Below, piece after piece: positions 26,452 to 35,016 of a stretch of DNA of 64,000 nucleotides (positions are counted from its first letter, which is position 1; each line of letters begins with the position of its first letter). This DNA comes from Candidatus Doudnabacteria bacterium (GTDB lineage: Bacteria > Patescibacteriota > Doudnabacteria > UBA920), in assembly GCA_016218585.1 (NCBI GenBank), contig JACRDK010000030.1:24277-88276 (forward strand), written 5' to 3'. The notes under the pieces were generated by a model. It did no database searches and had not been told where the DNA came from. It saw only the letters and a list, made by a program, of their open reading frames with translations. The translations under genes and the position numbers were made by a program.

Positions 26452-28131
26452 ATGTCCACCCCCAGCGTTTATATAAATTTAGAGGACGATGTCTCAAAAA
26501 TCGTTACCCGCCTCAAACATCAGTCTGCCAAGCAGATAGTTTTGGTTTGTCCAAAACGTTGTTTCCTTTTTAATGACAGCATAAATCTACGGCTGCTTAA
26601 AAAGCAGACCGATATGCTGGGCAAGGAAATTTTTATTTTAACAATGGACGAACGGGGACAGTTATATGCCAAAGAAGCCGGGTTTGGCTTAAAGTTTTTA
26701 CCAAAGAGCCATGGCTCTTCTGCCTTTTCCGATGTAAAAATTTCCAAAAAACAGCCATTAACCCAGCAGGAGCCGGAAGAAGCCGAAACAAAGGCTAATC
26801 CGATTACTGAAGTTGTTGGCGAGATAAAACATTTTGCCCAAAATATTTTACCGGAGAAACAACCGGTAAAACGTTCGGCTATTGTAAAATCTCCGGTTCC
26901 AAAAGTTGCAACTTTAGATAGAATTTTTGAAAATGAAGATTTTGCCCAAAATACAGATCCAAAAGCTGCTAAAAGCAAAGTATATAAAAGTTTGGTTGGC
27001 TTGTTGGTAATTTCCGTGATGGTTATTTTAGTTGTTTACTTTTTAGTTTTACCAAAGGCCACCGTTGTGGTTTATCCCAAAAGCGAACCTGTAACAAGGG
27101 ATATGGAAATTAGCCTAAGCAGCAACATAAAAGAACTGGACCCAAGCAAATTAGTCTTGCCGGCAACGGCAGTTTCAGAGACGGTAAATGTCAGCCACAA
27201 GTACGAAAGCCAAGGGAAAAAGCAAATGGGAAATAAGGCTTCGGGTATGGTAAAAATTTACAATTTTACCAAGTTGCCGATTAATTTAAAAACTTCAACC
27301 ACAATTTTAACAGTGGGCAGCAAGACTTATAGCCTGGTTAATGACGTGTCGGGCATAAAGCCAACTTCATACTCCAATGCAAAAACTAAGGAAATAGACC
27401 AATCAAGTTTGGGAGAGCCGGTGGAAATTGTGGCAACAAGCGGCGGCGATGATTTTAACTTACCGGCCGGCACCCGCGTTGAAATTACTAACCAGGTTTT
27501 TGGCAGCAACCCCCAGCTGCTTTATGCAAAAACTGAAACTGAAATTAGCGGCGGCACTACCAGGTACTTGTCGGTAATTTCCCAGGATGATGTGGATAAA
27601 AGCAAGGAAGAATTGCTGGCGGAAGCAATGGATGATATAAAAACTAAATTGGCAGGCTCAGGACAGAGCTTGGCCGATAAATCTTATACCTTGGAGGTTT
27701 TACAATTTACCACGGACAACCAGGTCGGGACCGAAACCCCAAGTTTCCAGGCATCTATGCAAATAAAAGTTACCGGGCTGGCTTATGCCACCAAGGATTT
27801 AAAGGATTTAATTACCCAAAGAATCGGCCAAACTTTGGCTTCAAACAAGAGTTTGGTGTACAAAGACCCGGAAAGCACCACTGTTAAAATAAAGAGCTAT
27901 GACGCAACCGCTCAGTTGGCTGTTTTAAACGTTCATTTTGAAGGCCAGGCTGTCTTTAATATTGAATTGCCATACTTAGCTCCGGAACTGGTAGGGAAGA
28001 GTAAAACCGAGGTTTATGAGATCTTAAAATCCAAAGCGGAAATAGACCGGGTAGATATGACTTTGGCTCCGTCTTGGCAAAAGAAATTTCCATATTTGGC
28101 AAGTAAAATTAAAGTAACTGTCGGAGAATAG
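26452..28131 (+). CDS. Hypothetical bitopic membrane protein (cytoplasmic N-domain, one TM, about 360-aa extracytoplasmic domain)
   Basis: 559-aa ORF with normal local codon usage; TM LVGLLVISVMVILVVYFLVL at about residue 180; no recognisable catalytic motifs. Confidence 0.6.
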   Translation: MSTPSVYINLEDDVSKIVTRLKHQSAKQIVLVCPKRCFLFNDSINLRLLKKQTDMLGKEIFILTMDERGQLYAKEAGFGLKFLPKSHGSSAFSDVKISKKQPLTQQEPEEAETKANPITEVVGEIKHFAQNILPEKQPVKRSAIVKSPVPKVATLDRIFENEDFAQNTDPKAAKSKVYKSLVGLLVISVMVILVVYFLVLPKATVVVYPKSEPVTRDMEISLSSNIKELDPSKLVLPATAVSETVNVSHKYESQGKKQMGNKASGMVKIYNFTKLPINLKTSTTILTVGSKTYSLVNDVSGIKPTSYSNAKTKEIDQSSLGEPVEIVATSGGDDFNLPAGTRVEITNQVFGSNPQLLYAKTETEISGGTTRYLSVISQDDVDKSKEELLAEAMDDIKTKLAGSGQSLADKSYTLEVLQFTTDNQVGTETPSFQASMQIKVTGLAYATKDLKDLITQRIGQTLASNKSLVYKDPESTTVKIKSYDATAQLAVLNVHFEGQAVFNIELPYLAPELVGKSKTEVYEILKSKAEIDRVDMTLAPSWQKKFPYLASKIKVTVGE

Positions 28132-28258
28132 GATTTTTACAACTAAAACCCCTTGTTTAAGCCATTTTTAAGTATTTAAATAACGGCTATATTTTTTAGT
28201 TGACACAGGGCCAAACCTTGTGTTAAAATAGCCGAAGATAAGTTAAATAATTAGTTAT

Positions 28259-28513
28259 TTGTCTACCAGTAATCAAGACTTTGGGAAGTCTGGAAAAAAC
28301 AATAAGGAAGTCATTGAACTCGAGGGCAAAGTGATAGAGAATTTGCCTAACGCTATTTTTCGCGTCCAATTGGACTCAGGCCAGGTTGTCACAGGACATT
28401 TGGCCGGAAAAATGAGAGTTAATATGATTCGTGTACTGCCGGGAGACCGTGTTGTCATCGAAATGACCCCTTATGACCTTACAAAAGGCCGGATTACCAG
28501 GAGAATGCGTTAA
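28259..28513 (+). CDS. infA: Translation initiation factor IF-1 (start codon uncertain; TTG per ORF track)
   Basis: [69 protein letters not shown] is the S1-like IF-1 fold sequence. Confidence 0.85.
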   Translation: MSTSNQDFGKSGKNNKEVIELEGKVIENLPNAIFRVQLDSGQVVTGHLAGKMRVNMIRVLPGDRVVIEMTPYDLTKGRITRRMR

Positions 28514-28619
28514 CCGCAGAAAATGCGGAATCTAACGCGGAAATTCGCAGAAAAATTAATAAATTTGTTGCAGTCTTTCCGCGGTCTTCCGCGTTAAGTT
28601 CAGCACCATTCAGCAATAT

Positions 28620-28733
28620 ATGAAAGTAAGAGCAAGCGTAAAACCAATGTGCAAAAAGTGTAAAGTGGTTCGCCGTTTTGGCAGAATTTACATTATTTGC
28701 GAAAACCCAAAGCATAAACAGAGACAGGGATAA
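28620..28733 (+). CDS. rpmJ: 50S ribosomal protein L36 (37 aa; absent from the ORF track because it is under 60 aa)
   Basis: Manual translation from ATG at 28620 gives [37 protein letters not shown], stop TAA at 28731-28733; canonical L36 with a C-x2-C...C zinc ribbon. Confidence 0.85.
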   Translation: MKVRASVKPMCKKCKVVRRFGRIYIICENPKHKQRQG

Positions 28734-28829
28734 TAATTTTAACACTTGGTGAAAGTTATTAAGTTATCCAGCTCATCAAGTTTGTGCGTATTAACTTTAT
28801 AAACTTTATAAATTTTAAGAACTATTTTT

Positions 28830-29219
28830 ATGGCTCGTATCGCAGGAATTAACATACCAAACGAAAAACGCATCGAAGCGTCTTTGCCTTACATTTACGG
28901 AGTCGGCTTAAGCCTTTCCAAAAAAATTCTGGCCGCTGCAAAAGTTGATCCGAACAAGCGCACCAAAGATTTAAGCGAAGCAGAACTCGGACGCATTCGC
29001 GAATTTATTGAAAAGAGCTTCAAAGTCGAAGGTGAATTAAGACAGCAGGTTCTGTTAAACATCAAGCGCTTAAAAGAAATCGGCGCTTATCGCGGTATTC
29101 GCCACATTAGAGGTTTACCGGTAAGAGGACAGAGAACCAAGACCAATTCCCGCACCCGCCGCGGCAACGTTCGTAAGACCGCCGGATCCGGACGCAAGAA
29201 CGCATCGGAAAAGACCTAA
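28830..29219 (+). CDS. rpsM: 30S ribosomal protein S13
   Basis: [26 protein letters not shown]...[18 protein letters not shown]. Confidence 0.95.
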   Translation: MARIAGINIPNEKRIEASLPYIYGVGLSLSKKILAAAKVDPNKRTKDLSEAELGRIREFIEKSFKVEGELRQQVLLNIKRLKEIGAYRGIRHIRGLPVRGQRTKTNSRTRRGNVRKTAGSGRKNASEKT

Positions 29220-29253
29220 AGCTTTAGCAATTTCAATTTTAATTTAATTTTCA

Positions 29254-29718
29254 ATGCCCGAAGAAATTTTAACCAAAACTGAAGACCAAGCAGCAGCCTC
29301 GGATAAAACCGAAGGTCTTGCTGATATGTCCGCAAAAATTAAGACCAGCAAGAAAAAGAAAGCCAAGGCGAAGATTACCAAAGGAAAAATTTTCATTAAC
29401 TCGACTTACAACAATACAATTGTTGTGCTTACCGATTTAATTGGAAATGTTTTAATTTGGAGCAGCGCAGGAAAAATTGGTTTTAAGGGTTCTAAAAAAT
29501 CCACTCCATACGCCGGCCAGAGAACTATGGAAGACGTTTTGGCCAGATTAAAAGAACGCGGCGTTTCCGAAGTTGATGTTTTAATTAAAGGCATTGGCTC
29601 CGGCAGAGAATCCGCAGTCAGAGCTCTTCAGGGAAGCGGTTTGAATGTGCTTACTATAAAAGACAAGACCCCAATTCCTCATGGCGGAGTAAGGCCAAAG
29701 AAACCGAGAAGAGTATAA
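29254..29718 (+). CDS. rpsK: 30S ribosomal protein S11 (about 25-aa N-terminal extension)
   Basis: KGKIFINSTYNNTIVVLTDLIGNVLIWSSAGKIGFKGSKKSTPYAGQ. Confidence 0.95.
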   Translation: MPEEILTKTEDQAAASDKTEGLADMSAKIKTSKKKKAKAKITKGKIFINSTYNNTIVVLTDLIGNVLIWSSAGKIGFKGSKKSTPYAGQRTMEDVLARLKERGVSEVDVLIKGIGSGRESAVRALQGSGLNVLTIKDKTPIPHGGVRPKKPRRV

Positions 29719-29800
29719 ACTTCCAAGATTTAGGGTTTAAGATTGCAAATTTACCGCATAATAAATCTTAATTCATTATTCATAATTCTTAATTCTATTT

Positions 29801-30409
29801 ATGAGATATACAGGACCAAAAGCCAAAAAAGCCAGACGCCTTGGAATGGCATTCACTGCCAAAGATGCCAAGATTCTTCAAAAAAGAAACTTTGCTCCGG
29901 GACAGCACGGCCAAAACCGCGTTAGACTTTCTGAATACGGACTTCAGCTTCGCGAGAAGCAAAAAGCCAAAATTTCCTATGGCGTTTTGGAAAAGCAGTT
30001 TGAAAACTATTTCAAAAAAGCATTAAAGCAAGCCGGCGTTACCGGTGACAATTTGTTGAAAATGCTGGAAACCAGACTGGATAACATTGTTTACAGAATG
30101 GGTTTTGCGGAAACCAGAGCGCAGGCCAGACAGCTCGTCAACCATGGTTTTTTTGAAGTTAACGGTAAAAAAGTTGACATTCCTTCCTATCAGGTAAAAG
30201 TAGGCGATACAGTTGCCATAAGAGCGGTAAAGCAGAAGAAAGCCTATCTCGATAAGATTAAAGACAAATTAAAAGCTTTTCAGTCATTGGACTGGATTCA
30301 GGTTAATCCAAGCAGCTTCTCCGGCAAAGTTTTAAGTTCTCCGGTGGTAGACAGCTTAGGCACACAGATTAACACCCAGTTAATTGTTGAACACTACAGC
30401 CGCACTTAA
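29801..30409 (+). CDS. rpsD: 30S ribosomal protein S4
   Basis: MRYTGPKAKKARRLG...LETRLDNIVYRMGFAETRAQARQLVNHGFFEVNGKKVDIPSYQVKVGD. Confidence 0.95.
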   Translation: MRYTGPKAKKARRLGMAFTAKDAKILQKRNFAPGQHGQNRVRLSEYGLQLREKQKAKISYGVLEKQFENYFKKALKQAGVTGDNLLKMLETRLDNIVYRMGFAETRAQARQLVNHGFFEVNGKKVDIPSYQVKVGDTVAIRAVKQKKAYLDKIKDKLKAFQSLDWIQVNPSSFSGKVLSSPVVDSLGTQINTQLIVEHYSRT

Positions 30410-30517
30410 TTAGTCGGCAAATTAAAACAAAAATTTAAAAATTTATTTAATAATTTTTTCGGATCATTCGCCGCGAGGCGAATAAAGTCCGCATTTAATC
30501 CTTGGAGGTTAAATTTT

Positions 30518-31459
30518 ATGGAAGCAATCTCTCTGCCAAATCGTGCTAAAGTTACAGATTTAGGCAATAACAAATATAGCCTAACATTAGAGCCTCTTTA
30601 TCCTGGTTATGGTGTTACCATTGGCAACGCTATGCGCAGGGTCTTGTTGTCTTCTATGCCGGGTGCCGCGGTTACTTCGGTTAAGATTAAATTTGTTGAC
30701 CACGAATTTTCAACTATCCCGAATGTTAAGGAAGATGTTATCCAAATTATTTTGGCTTTAAAACAGCTTCGCGTTAAAAGCTTTAGCGCTGAGCCGGTAA
30801 AATTGAGCGTAAAAGTTAAGGGTGAAAAGGTTGTTACCGCCGCTGATATTAAAGAAACCGACCAGGTCCAGGTAATTAACAAAGACCTCCACATTGCTAC
30901 CTTAGACAACAAAAATTCCGAATTCGATATGGAATTAACAGTTGAACAAGGCCGCGGTTATGTTCCGGTAGAAGCTCGCGAAAATTTGAAGCCGGAAGTC
31001 GGAGTAATTGCCATAGACGCAATTTTTACCCCGGTAAAATCCGTTCACTTTGATGTTTCTAACGTCCGCGTTGGTCAGTTAACCAACTTTGATAAGCTGG
31101 AAATTGTAATGGAAACCGACGGCAGCTTAGGCGGCCAGGAAGCAGTAGATATTTCCGCTCATATTTTGGTAGACCACTTTGCAATGATGTTCTCCAACGA
31201 ATTTACCAAAGAAGAAGCGGTAATTGCTCCGGAAATCCCAAGCATGGATGATTCTATGGAAGCTGAAGAAGCAGTTGCTTCAGGCGAAGAAAACGAAATC
31301 CAGGCCTCCACTCTTTCCACCCGCGCCAAGAACGCGCTGGTAAAAAATGATATAACCACTATGGCCGCTTTGGAAGCATTGTCCAACGAACAGATTAACA
31401 CTATGGCGGGTTTGGGCGATAAAACTATTAAAGAAATTCTTGAATTTTTGAAAAGATAA
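30518..31459 (+). CDS. rpoA: DNA-directed RNA polymerase alpha subunit
   Basis: LEPLYPGYGVTIGNAMRRVLLSSMPGAAVTSVKI; C-terminal alpha-CTD (LSTRAKNALVKNDITTMAAL). Confidence 0.95.
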   Translation: MEAISLPNRAKVTDLGNNKYSLTLEPLYPGYGVTIGNAMRRVLLSSMPGAAVTSVKIKFVDHEFSTIPNVKEDVIQIILALKQLRVKSFSAEPVKLSVKVKGEKVVTAADIKETDQVQVINKDLHIATLDNKNSEFDMELTVEQGRGYVPVEARENLKPEVGVIAIDAIFTPVKSVHFDVSNVRVGQLTNFDKLEIVMETDGSLGGQEAVDISAHILVDHFAMMFSNEFTKEEAVIAPEIPSMDDSMEAEEAVASGEENEIQASTLSTRAKNALVKNDITTMAALEALSNEQINTMAGLGDKTIKEILEFLKR

Positions 31460-31477
31460 TTAGAAGTTTTTAATTTT

Positions 31478-31822
31478 ATGAGGCATCAAAAGAAGAAAAA
31501 AATCGGCAAAGGAATGGATCACAGAAGAAAGCTGCTTAGAACATTGGCTTCCTCTCTGATTTTGTATGAAAAAATCGAAACCTCTTACGCCAACGCGCGT
31601 GGAGCTAAAAGCTATGTGGAAAAGGCAATTACCAGAGCCAAAGAAAACACATTGCATAACCACAGAATTTTGCTGAGCCTTCTTTCCCCGATGGCCGTTA
31701 AAAAAGCCCTGGAAGTTGTCGGACCGAAGTATAAAGAAAGAAAAGGCGGCTATACCAGACTTACTAAGTTAAACAATCCGAAAGCCGGAGCCTCTAAAGC
31801 CTTATTAGAATTAGTCGACTAA
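31478..31822 (+). CDS. rplQ: 50S ribosomal protein L17
   Basis: MRHQKKKKIGKGMDHRRKLLRTLASSLILYEKIETSYANARGAKSYVEKAIT. Confidence 0.95.
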   Translation: MRHQKKKKIGKGMDHRRKLLRTLASSLILYEKIETSYANARGAKSYVEKAITRAKENTLHNHRILLSLLSPMAVKKALEVVGPKYKERKGGYTRLTKLNNPKAGASKALLELVD

Positions 31823-31846
31823 ATTTACGGGAGTTAACATAATTTT

Positions 31847-32254
31847 ATGAAATCTCAAACACTCACATTACCAAAGAAAGTCCAGCGCAAATGGCACGAA
31901 GTTGATTTGTCCAAGAAACCCTTGGGCAGAGCAGCTACCGAAATTGCTAATTTTTTGCGCGGCAAACACAAGAGAGATTTTGTCCCTCACGTGGATATGG
32001 GCGACTATGTTGTTGCTATTAACGCCGACAACCTGCAGCTTTCCGGACGCAAAGTCCAGCAAAAACTTTATTTCCGCCACTCCGGTTACCTGGGAGGCAT
32101 AAAGCAGACAGCGCTGAAAGATTTAATCCAAACCAATCCAGAAGAAGTTGTTAAAAAAGCAGTCTTTAGCATGATCGACGACCTAAAATTCCGCAAGAAG
32201 ATTATGTCCCGTTTGAAAATTGTTAAAGGTTCTAAACACGAATATAAAGTTTAA
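31847..32254 (+). CDS. rplM: 50S ribosomal protein L13
   Basis: KWHEVDLSKKPLGRAATEIANFLRGKHKRDFVPHVDMGDYVVAINAD. Confidence 0.95.
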   Translation: MKSQTLTLPKKVQRKWHEVDLSKKPLGRAATEIANFLRGKHKRDFVPHVDMGDYVVAINADNLQLSGRKVQQKLYFRHSGYLGGIKQTALKDLIQTNPEEVVKKAVFSMIDDLKFRKKIMSRLKIVKGSKHEYKV

Positions 32255-32268
32255 TTAATATCAGATTC

Positions 32269-32823
32269 ATGCCTACTAAGTCTACAACACCCAAAACAGC
32301 TACCAAGGCTGTAAAAAAGCCAAAAGCACCGGTTCATAAAAAACCGGCAGCAGTTGCTGAAAAAGCAGTTGCCGAAGAAGTCGTAACAACAGCACCGGCT
32401 GTTTTAGAGCTGGGCGAAAAGAAACATTTGGCCAAAGGTAAATATATTTTTGCCACCGGCAGAAGAAAGACCGCCATTGCCAATGTTCGCTTGTTCGAAG
32501 GAAAAGGGGACAGTATGGCTAACAAAAAGCCAGTTGAACAGTATTTCGGCTACGCTTTCTTTAATGAAGAAATTAAGAAACCATTTGAAGTTACAGGTTT
32601 GCTGAATAACTACCACTACGTTTCTCATTTAAACGGCGGCGGTATGCACTCTCAGGCCCAAGCTTTAAGACATGGAATTTCCATTGCTTTGAGCAAGTTG
32701 TCTGAAGAAGTCCGCAAAGTGTTAAAGAAGAATGGTTTGCTTACCCGCGATGACCGTAAAAAAGAAAGAAAGAAGCCAGGCTTGAAAAGAGCCCGCCGCT
32801 CCCCACAGTGGGCAAAACGTTAA
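32269..32823 (+). CDS. rpsI: 30S ribosomal protein S9 with about 55-aa Lys/Ala-rich N-terminal extension
   Basis: YFATGRRKTAIANVRL...GGGMHSQAQALRHGISIAL...RDDRKKERKKPGLKRARRSPQWAKR. Confidence 0.95.
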   Translation: MPTKSTTPKTATKAVKKPKAPVHKKPAAVAEKAVAEEVVTTAPAVLELGEKKHLAKGKYIFATGRRKTAIANVRLFEGKGDSMANKKPVEQYFGYAFFNEEIKKPFEVTGLLNNYHYVSHLNGGGMHSQAQALRHGISIALSKLSEEVRKVLKKNGLLTRDDRKKERKKPGLKRARRSPQWAKR

Positions 32824-32876
32824 TTTTGACCACCCTGAGCAGAGTCGAATGGATGGGCAAAACGTTAATCTACATT

Positions 32877-32908
32877 CAAAACCACCCGAGAAATCGGGTG
32901 GTTTTTTG
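32877..32908 (+). terminator. Rho-independent terminator closing the ribosomal-protein/rpoA operon
   Basis: aaaaccacccga gaaa tcgggtggttttttgg. Confidence 0.85.
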
Positions 32909-32992
32909 GCTTTACATTACTAGTTTTTAGTGATATCATTTAATGTCTTTCAAGATGTAAGCTTGAATGACCGTTTGGACAAGGAGTGGTAA

Positions 32993-33343
32993 ATGAAGAC
33001 TTGGCATATCGCGTTTTTTGTAATAGCCGCTTCGGTTGCTGTGCTTCTCTACTATCATCAACCGATGCATGCCAGACCCGTCAACCAAGAAGTTGCGGAA
33101 GAGCTCCGATCGCTGAACACTGGGGATCTTCTCGTCGACAATGTCGGGGAAGTTTCTGCTGTTATGGGTCATGTCGGCCACGACATGATTGAACTGCGGA
33201 ACACCCGCGATACTCGTTATGAGATGAACGTCGACACTCTGGCGATGTTGCCGGAGAGGATACAGATTGTCCGCCGGGGCACCGCCAGCTATGAAAACTG
33301 CGCCGCGGCCTATATCAAGAAGGAGCGGTGCAAAATCCAGTAG
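32993..33343 (+). CDS. Hypothetical small protein (116 aa) with N-terminal signal/TM segment, in a GC-rich cassette
   Basis: ORF with about 53% GC against an AT-rich background. Upstream TTTACA-N17-TATCAT promoter-like element and SD aaggag 8 nt before ATG. N-terminal IAFFVIAASVAVLLYY hydrophobic segment. Followed by a 9-bp GC-stem terminator. Confidence 0.5.
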   Translation: MKTWHIAFFVIAASVAVLLYYHQPMHARPVNQEVAEELRSLNTGDLLVDNVGEVSAVMGHVGHDMIELRNTRDTRYEMNVDTLAMLPERIQIVRRGTASYENCAAAYIKKERCKIQ

Positions 33344-33373
33344 TCCGGCGCTTTACGCCAGCTGTCTCGCTTT

Positions 33374-33415
33374 AACACCCCCTTTGCCGCAAGGCTCTGG
33401 GGGTGTTACTTTTTG
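33374..33415 (+). terminator. Rho-independent terminator after the GC-rich small ORF
   Basis: aacaccccc tttgccgcaaggctct gggggtgtt actttttg. Confidence 0.8.
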
Positions 33416-33475
33416 CTCAAATTTGAGTATGATATAATGTAGATAATAATTAAAAAACTAAAAACAACAAAATCT

Positions 33476-34246
33476 ATGGAAAATGTCTTGCCAAAATGGC
33501 TGGTTACAGGCTTGGGCGGTTTGCTTATCGCCTTTGTCGCTTTACTAGTCATCCAACAGTCTTACAATGTTAAGACTTTAGTCAAAAATCAAAAGCCAAC
33601 CAATACCATCTCAGTTTCCGCTGAGGGTAAAATAAAAGCAGTGCCGGATTTGGCCACTGTAAGCATTGGTGTTATGTCGCAGGGCGCAACAGCCGCTGCG
33701 GTTAAAGATTCCAACAATGGAAAAATCAACAAAATTATAGACTTTATAAAAGCGCAAGGAATACCAGCCGAAGACATTACCACTTCCCAGTTCAGCTTTT
33801 ATCCGCAGCAGGATTGGCAGAACGGCAAGGGGACTATTATTGGCTACCAAAGCGACCAGACTGTTTCTGTAAAAGTAAAAGGCGTAGATAAAACCCAGGA
33901 CGTTTTAGAAAAAGTTTTGGATGGCGCGGTAAATAACGGCGCAAACCAAATCCAGGGTGTTTCTTTCAGCTTTGAGAAGCCGGAAGATGTGCAGCAGGAA
34001 GCCAGAAAACAGGCTATAGACAACGCAAAAACCAAAGCTCAAGGATTGGCTCAGGAAGCCGGCTTAACTCTTGGAAAAGTTGTGAGCATTTCCGAAACCA
34101 ACTCCGCTATGGGTTCTCCTGTTATGTATAATGCGGTTGCCAGCGGCTTAGGCGGCGGCGGAATGGACAAATCCATTGCTCCTAATGTTGAACCTGGAAG
34201 CCAGGACATTACTGAAAGCATGACTGTGGTGTTTGAAGTCAAATAA
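33476..34246 (+). CDS. SIMPL-domain (DUF541) periplasmic / immunogenic protein family
   Basis: N-terminal TM; KIKAVPDLATVSIGVMSQGATAAAVKDSNNGKINKIIDFIKAQGIPAEDITTSQFSFYPQ and the C-terminal region are typical of the SIMPL family. Confidence 0.8.
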   Translation: MENVLPKWLVTGLGGLLIAFVALLVIQQSYNVKTLVKNQKPTNTISVSAEGKIKAVPDLATVSIGVMSQGATAAAVKDSNNGKINKIIDFIKAQGIPAEDITTSQFSFYPQQDWQNGKGTIIGYQSDQTVSVKVKGVDKTQDVLEKVLDGAVNNGANQIQGVSFSFEKPEDVQQEARKQAIDNAKTKAQGLAQEAGLTLGKVVSISETNSAMGSPVMYNAVASGLGGGGMDKSIAPNVEPGSQDITESMTVVFEVK

Positions 34247-34287
34247 AAAACAGATTTACAGATACCTACAGATAAAAACTACCACCC

Positions 34288-34650
34288 TTTTGGGGTGGTA
34301 GTTTTTATTGCGCCAAGCAAACTCATAAGCCGAATTCTGTTTTAAAATAATCATCTATCTTGTCCCGATGTTGCCATCGGGATCGAGCAGCCTACCAAAT
34401 TTGGCCTTGCACTCAAGTAAGGATTTGGCCGTTTCACTCCCGCATTGCTGCGGGAACAGTCCAGCTCTTTTTTGCAAAAGGGTTGGACTACTTAGCCTTT
34501 CGGCATCAGTCGTTTCTGTTCGCACCTCTAGGATTACTCCCGACGGGAATTACCCGCTACCATTCTTGATAACTCTATAGAGGTTATCAAATAAGTGTTC
34601 GGACTTTCCTCCCCGCCCTTTGGATTGCATTAAAGACAATTTTGAATGCG
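34288..34650 (-). ncRNA. rnpB: RNase P RNA (bacterial type), minus strand; exact ends approximate
   Basis: The reverse complement contains the universally conserved P4 strand GGGCGGGGAGGAAAGUCCGAAC, GGGAGUGAAACGGCC, GCAAGGCCAAAU...GGUAGGCUGCUCGAUCC and the 3' P4 partner ACAGAAUUCGGCUUAU, in canonical order. GC-rich relative to its surroundings. The track ORFs at 34360-34580 lie within it and are non-coding artefacts. Confidence 0.8.
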
Positions 34651-34941
34651 CTTGCGTAAGTGCCCCCACGAGCTACCATATTGCTTAAGCTTAATTTCTC
34701 TTATTAGCGCATCCTTTTTATTAGCGTACGCTTCGTAATAAACTAATTTAAACGGAGCGTAAGCTTTTGTCGCTGTTTCTTTAGAAGCATTATGTTGAGA
34801 AAATCTTGCTTTTAAATCACCGGTTTGACCGATGTAAATAAAATCAGACTTTATACTCTTAATTATGTAAACATAATGCATATGCAATCCAAAGAGCGGG
34901 GCGATTATTCGGTTTGCTTGGAGCAACCAGTATAATAGCAT
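34630..34941 (-). CDS. GIY-YIG nuclease-domain small protein
   Basis: YVYIIKSIKSDFIYIGQTGDLKARFSQHN (GIY..YIG..R..H.N core); 103 aa; its 3' end abuts or overlaps the 5' end of rnpB on the same strand. Confidence 0.7.
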   Translation of the reverse strand: MLLYWLLQANRIIAPLFGLHMHYVYIIKSIKSDFIYIGQTGDLKARFSQHNASKETATKAYAPFKLVYYEAYANKKDALIREIKLKQYGSSWGHLRKRIQNCL

Positions 34942-35016
34942 TATTTGACATTAATGTCAATATATAGTGTAATATAACCCTTTTTCTTAAGAAAAAGACG
35001 TGGTATAATAAGGAGT

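Noticed and set aside
30455-30517. GNRA-capped hairpin (attcgcc gcga ggcgaat) in the rpsD-rpoA spacer as an S4 autoregulatory site
   Set aside because: It is plausible but a single small hairpin. The known S4 operator is a pseudoknot upstream of rpsM in E. coli, and there is not enough evidence here.
34360-34580. Two overlapping + strand ORFs (69 and 70 aa)
   Set aside because: They fall inside the RNase P RNA gene on the opposite strand. The GC-richness is explained by the structured RNA.
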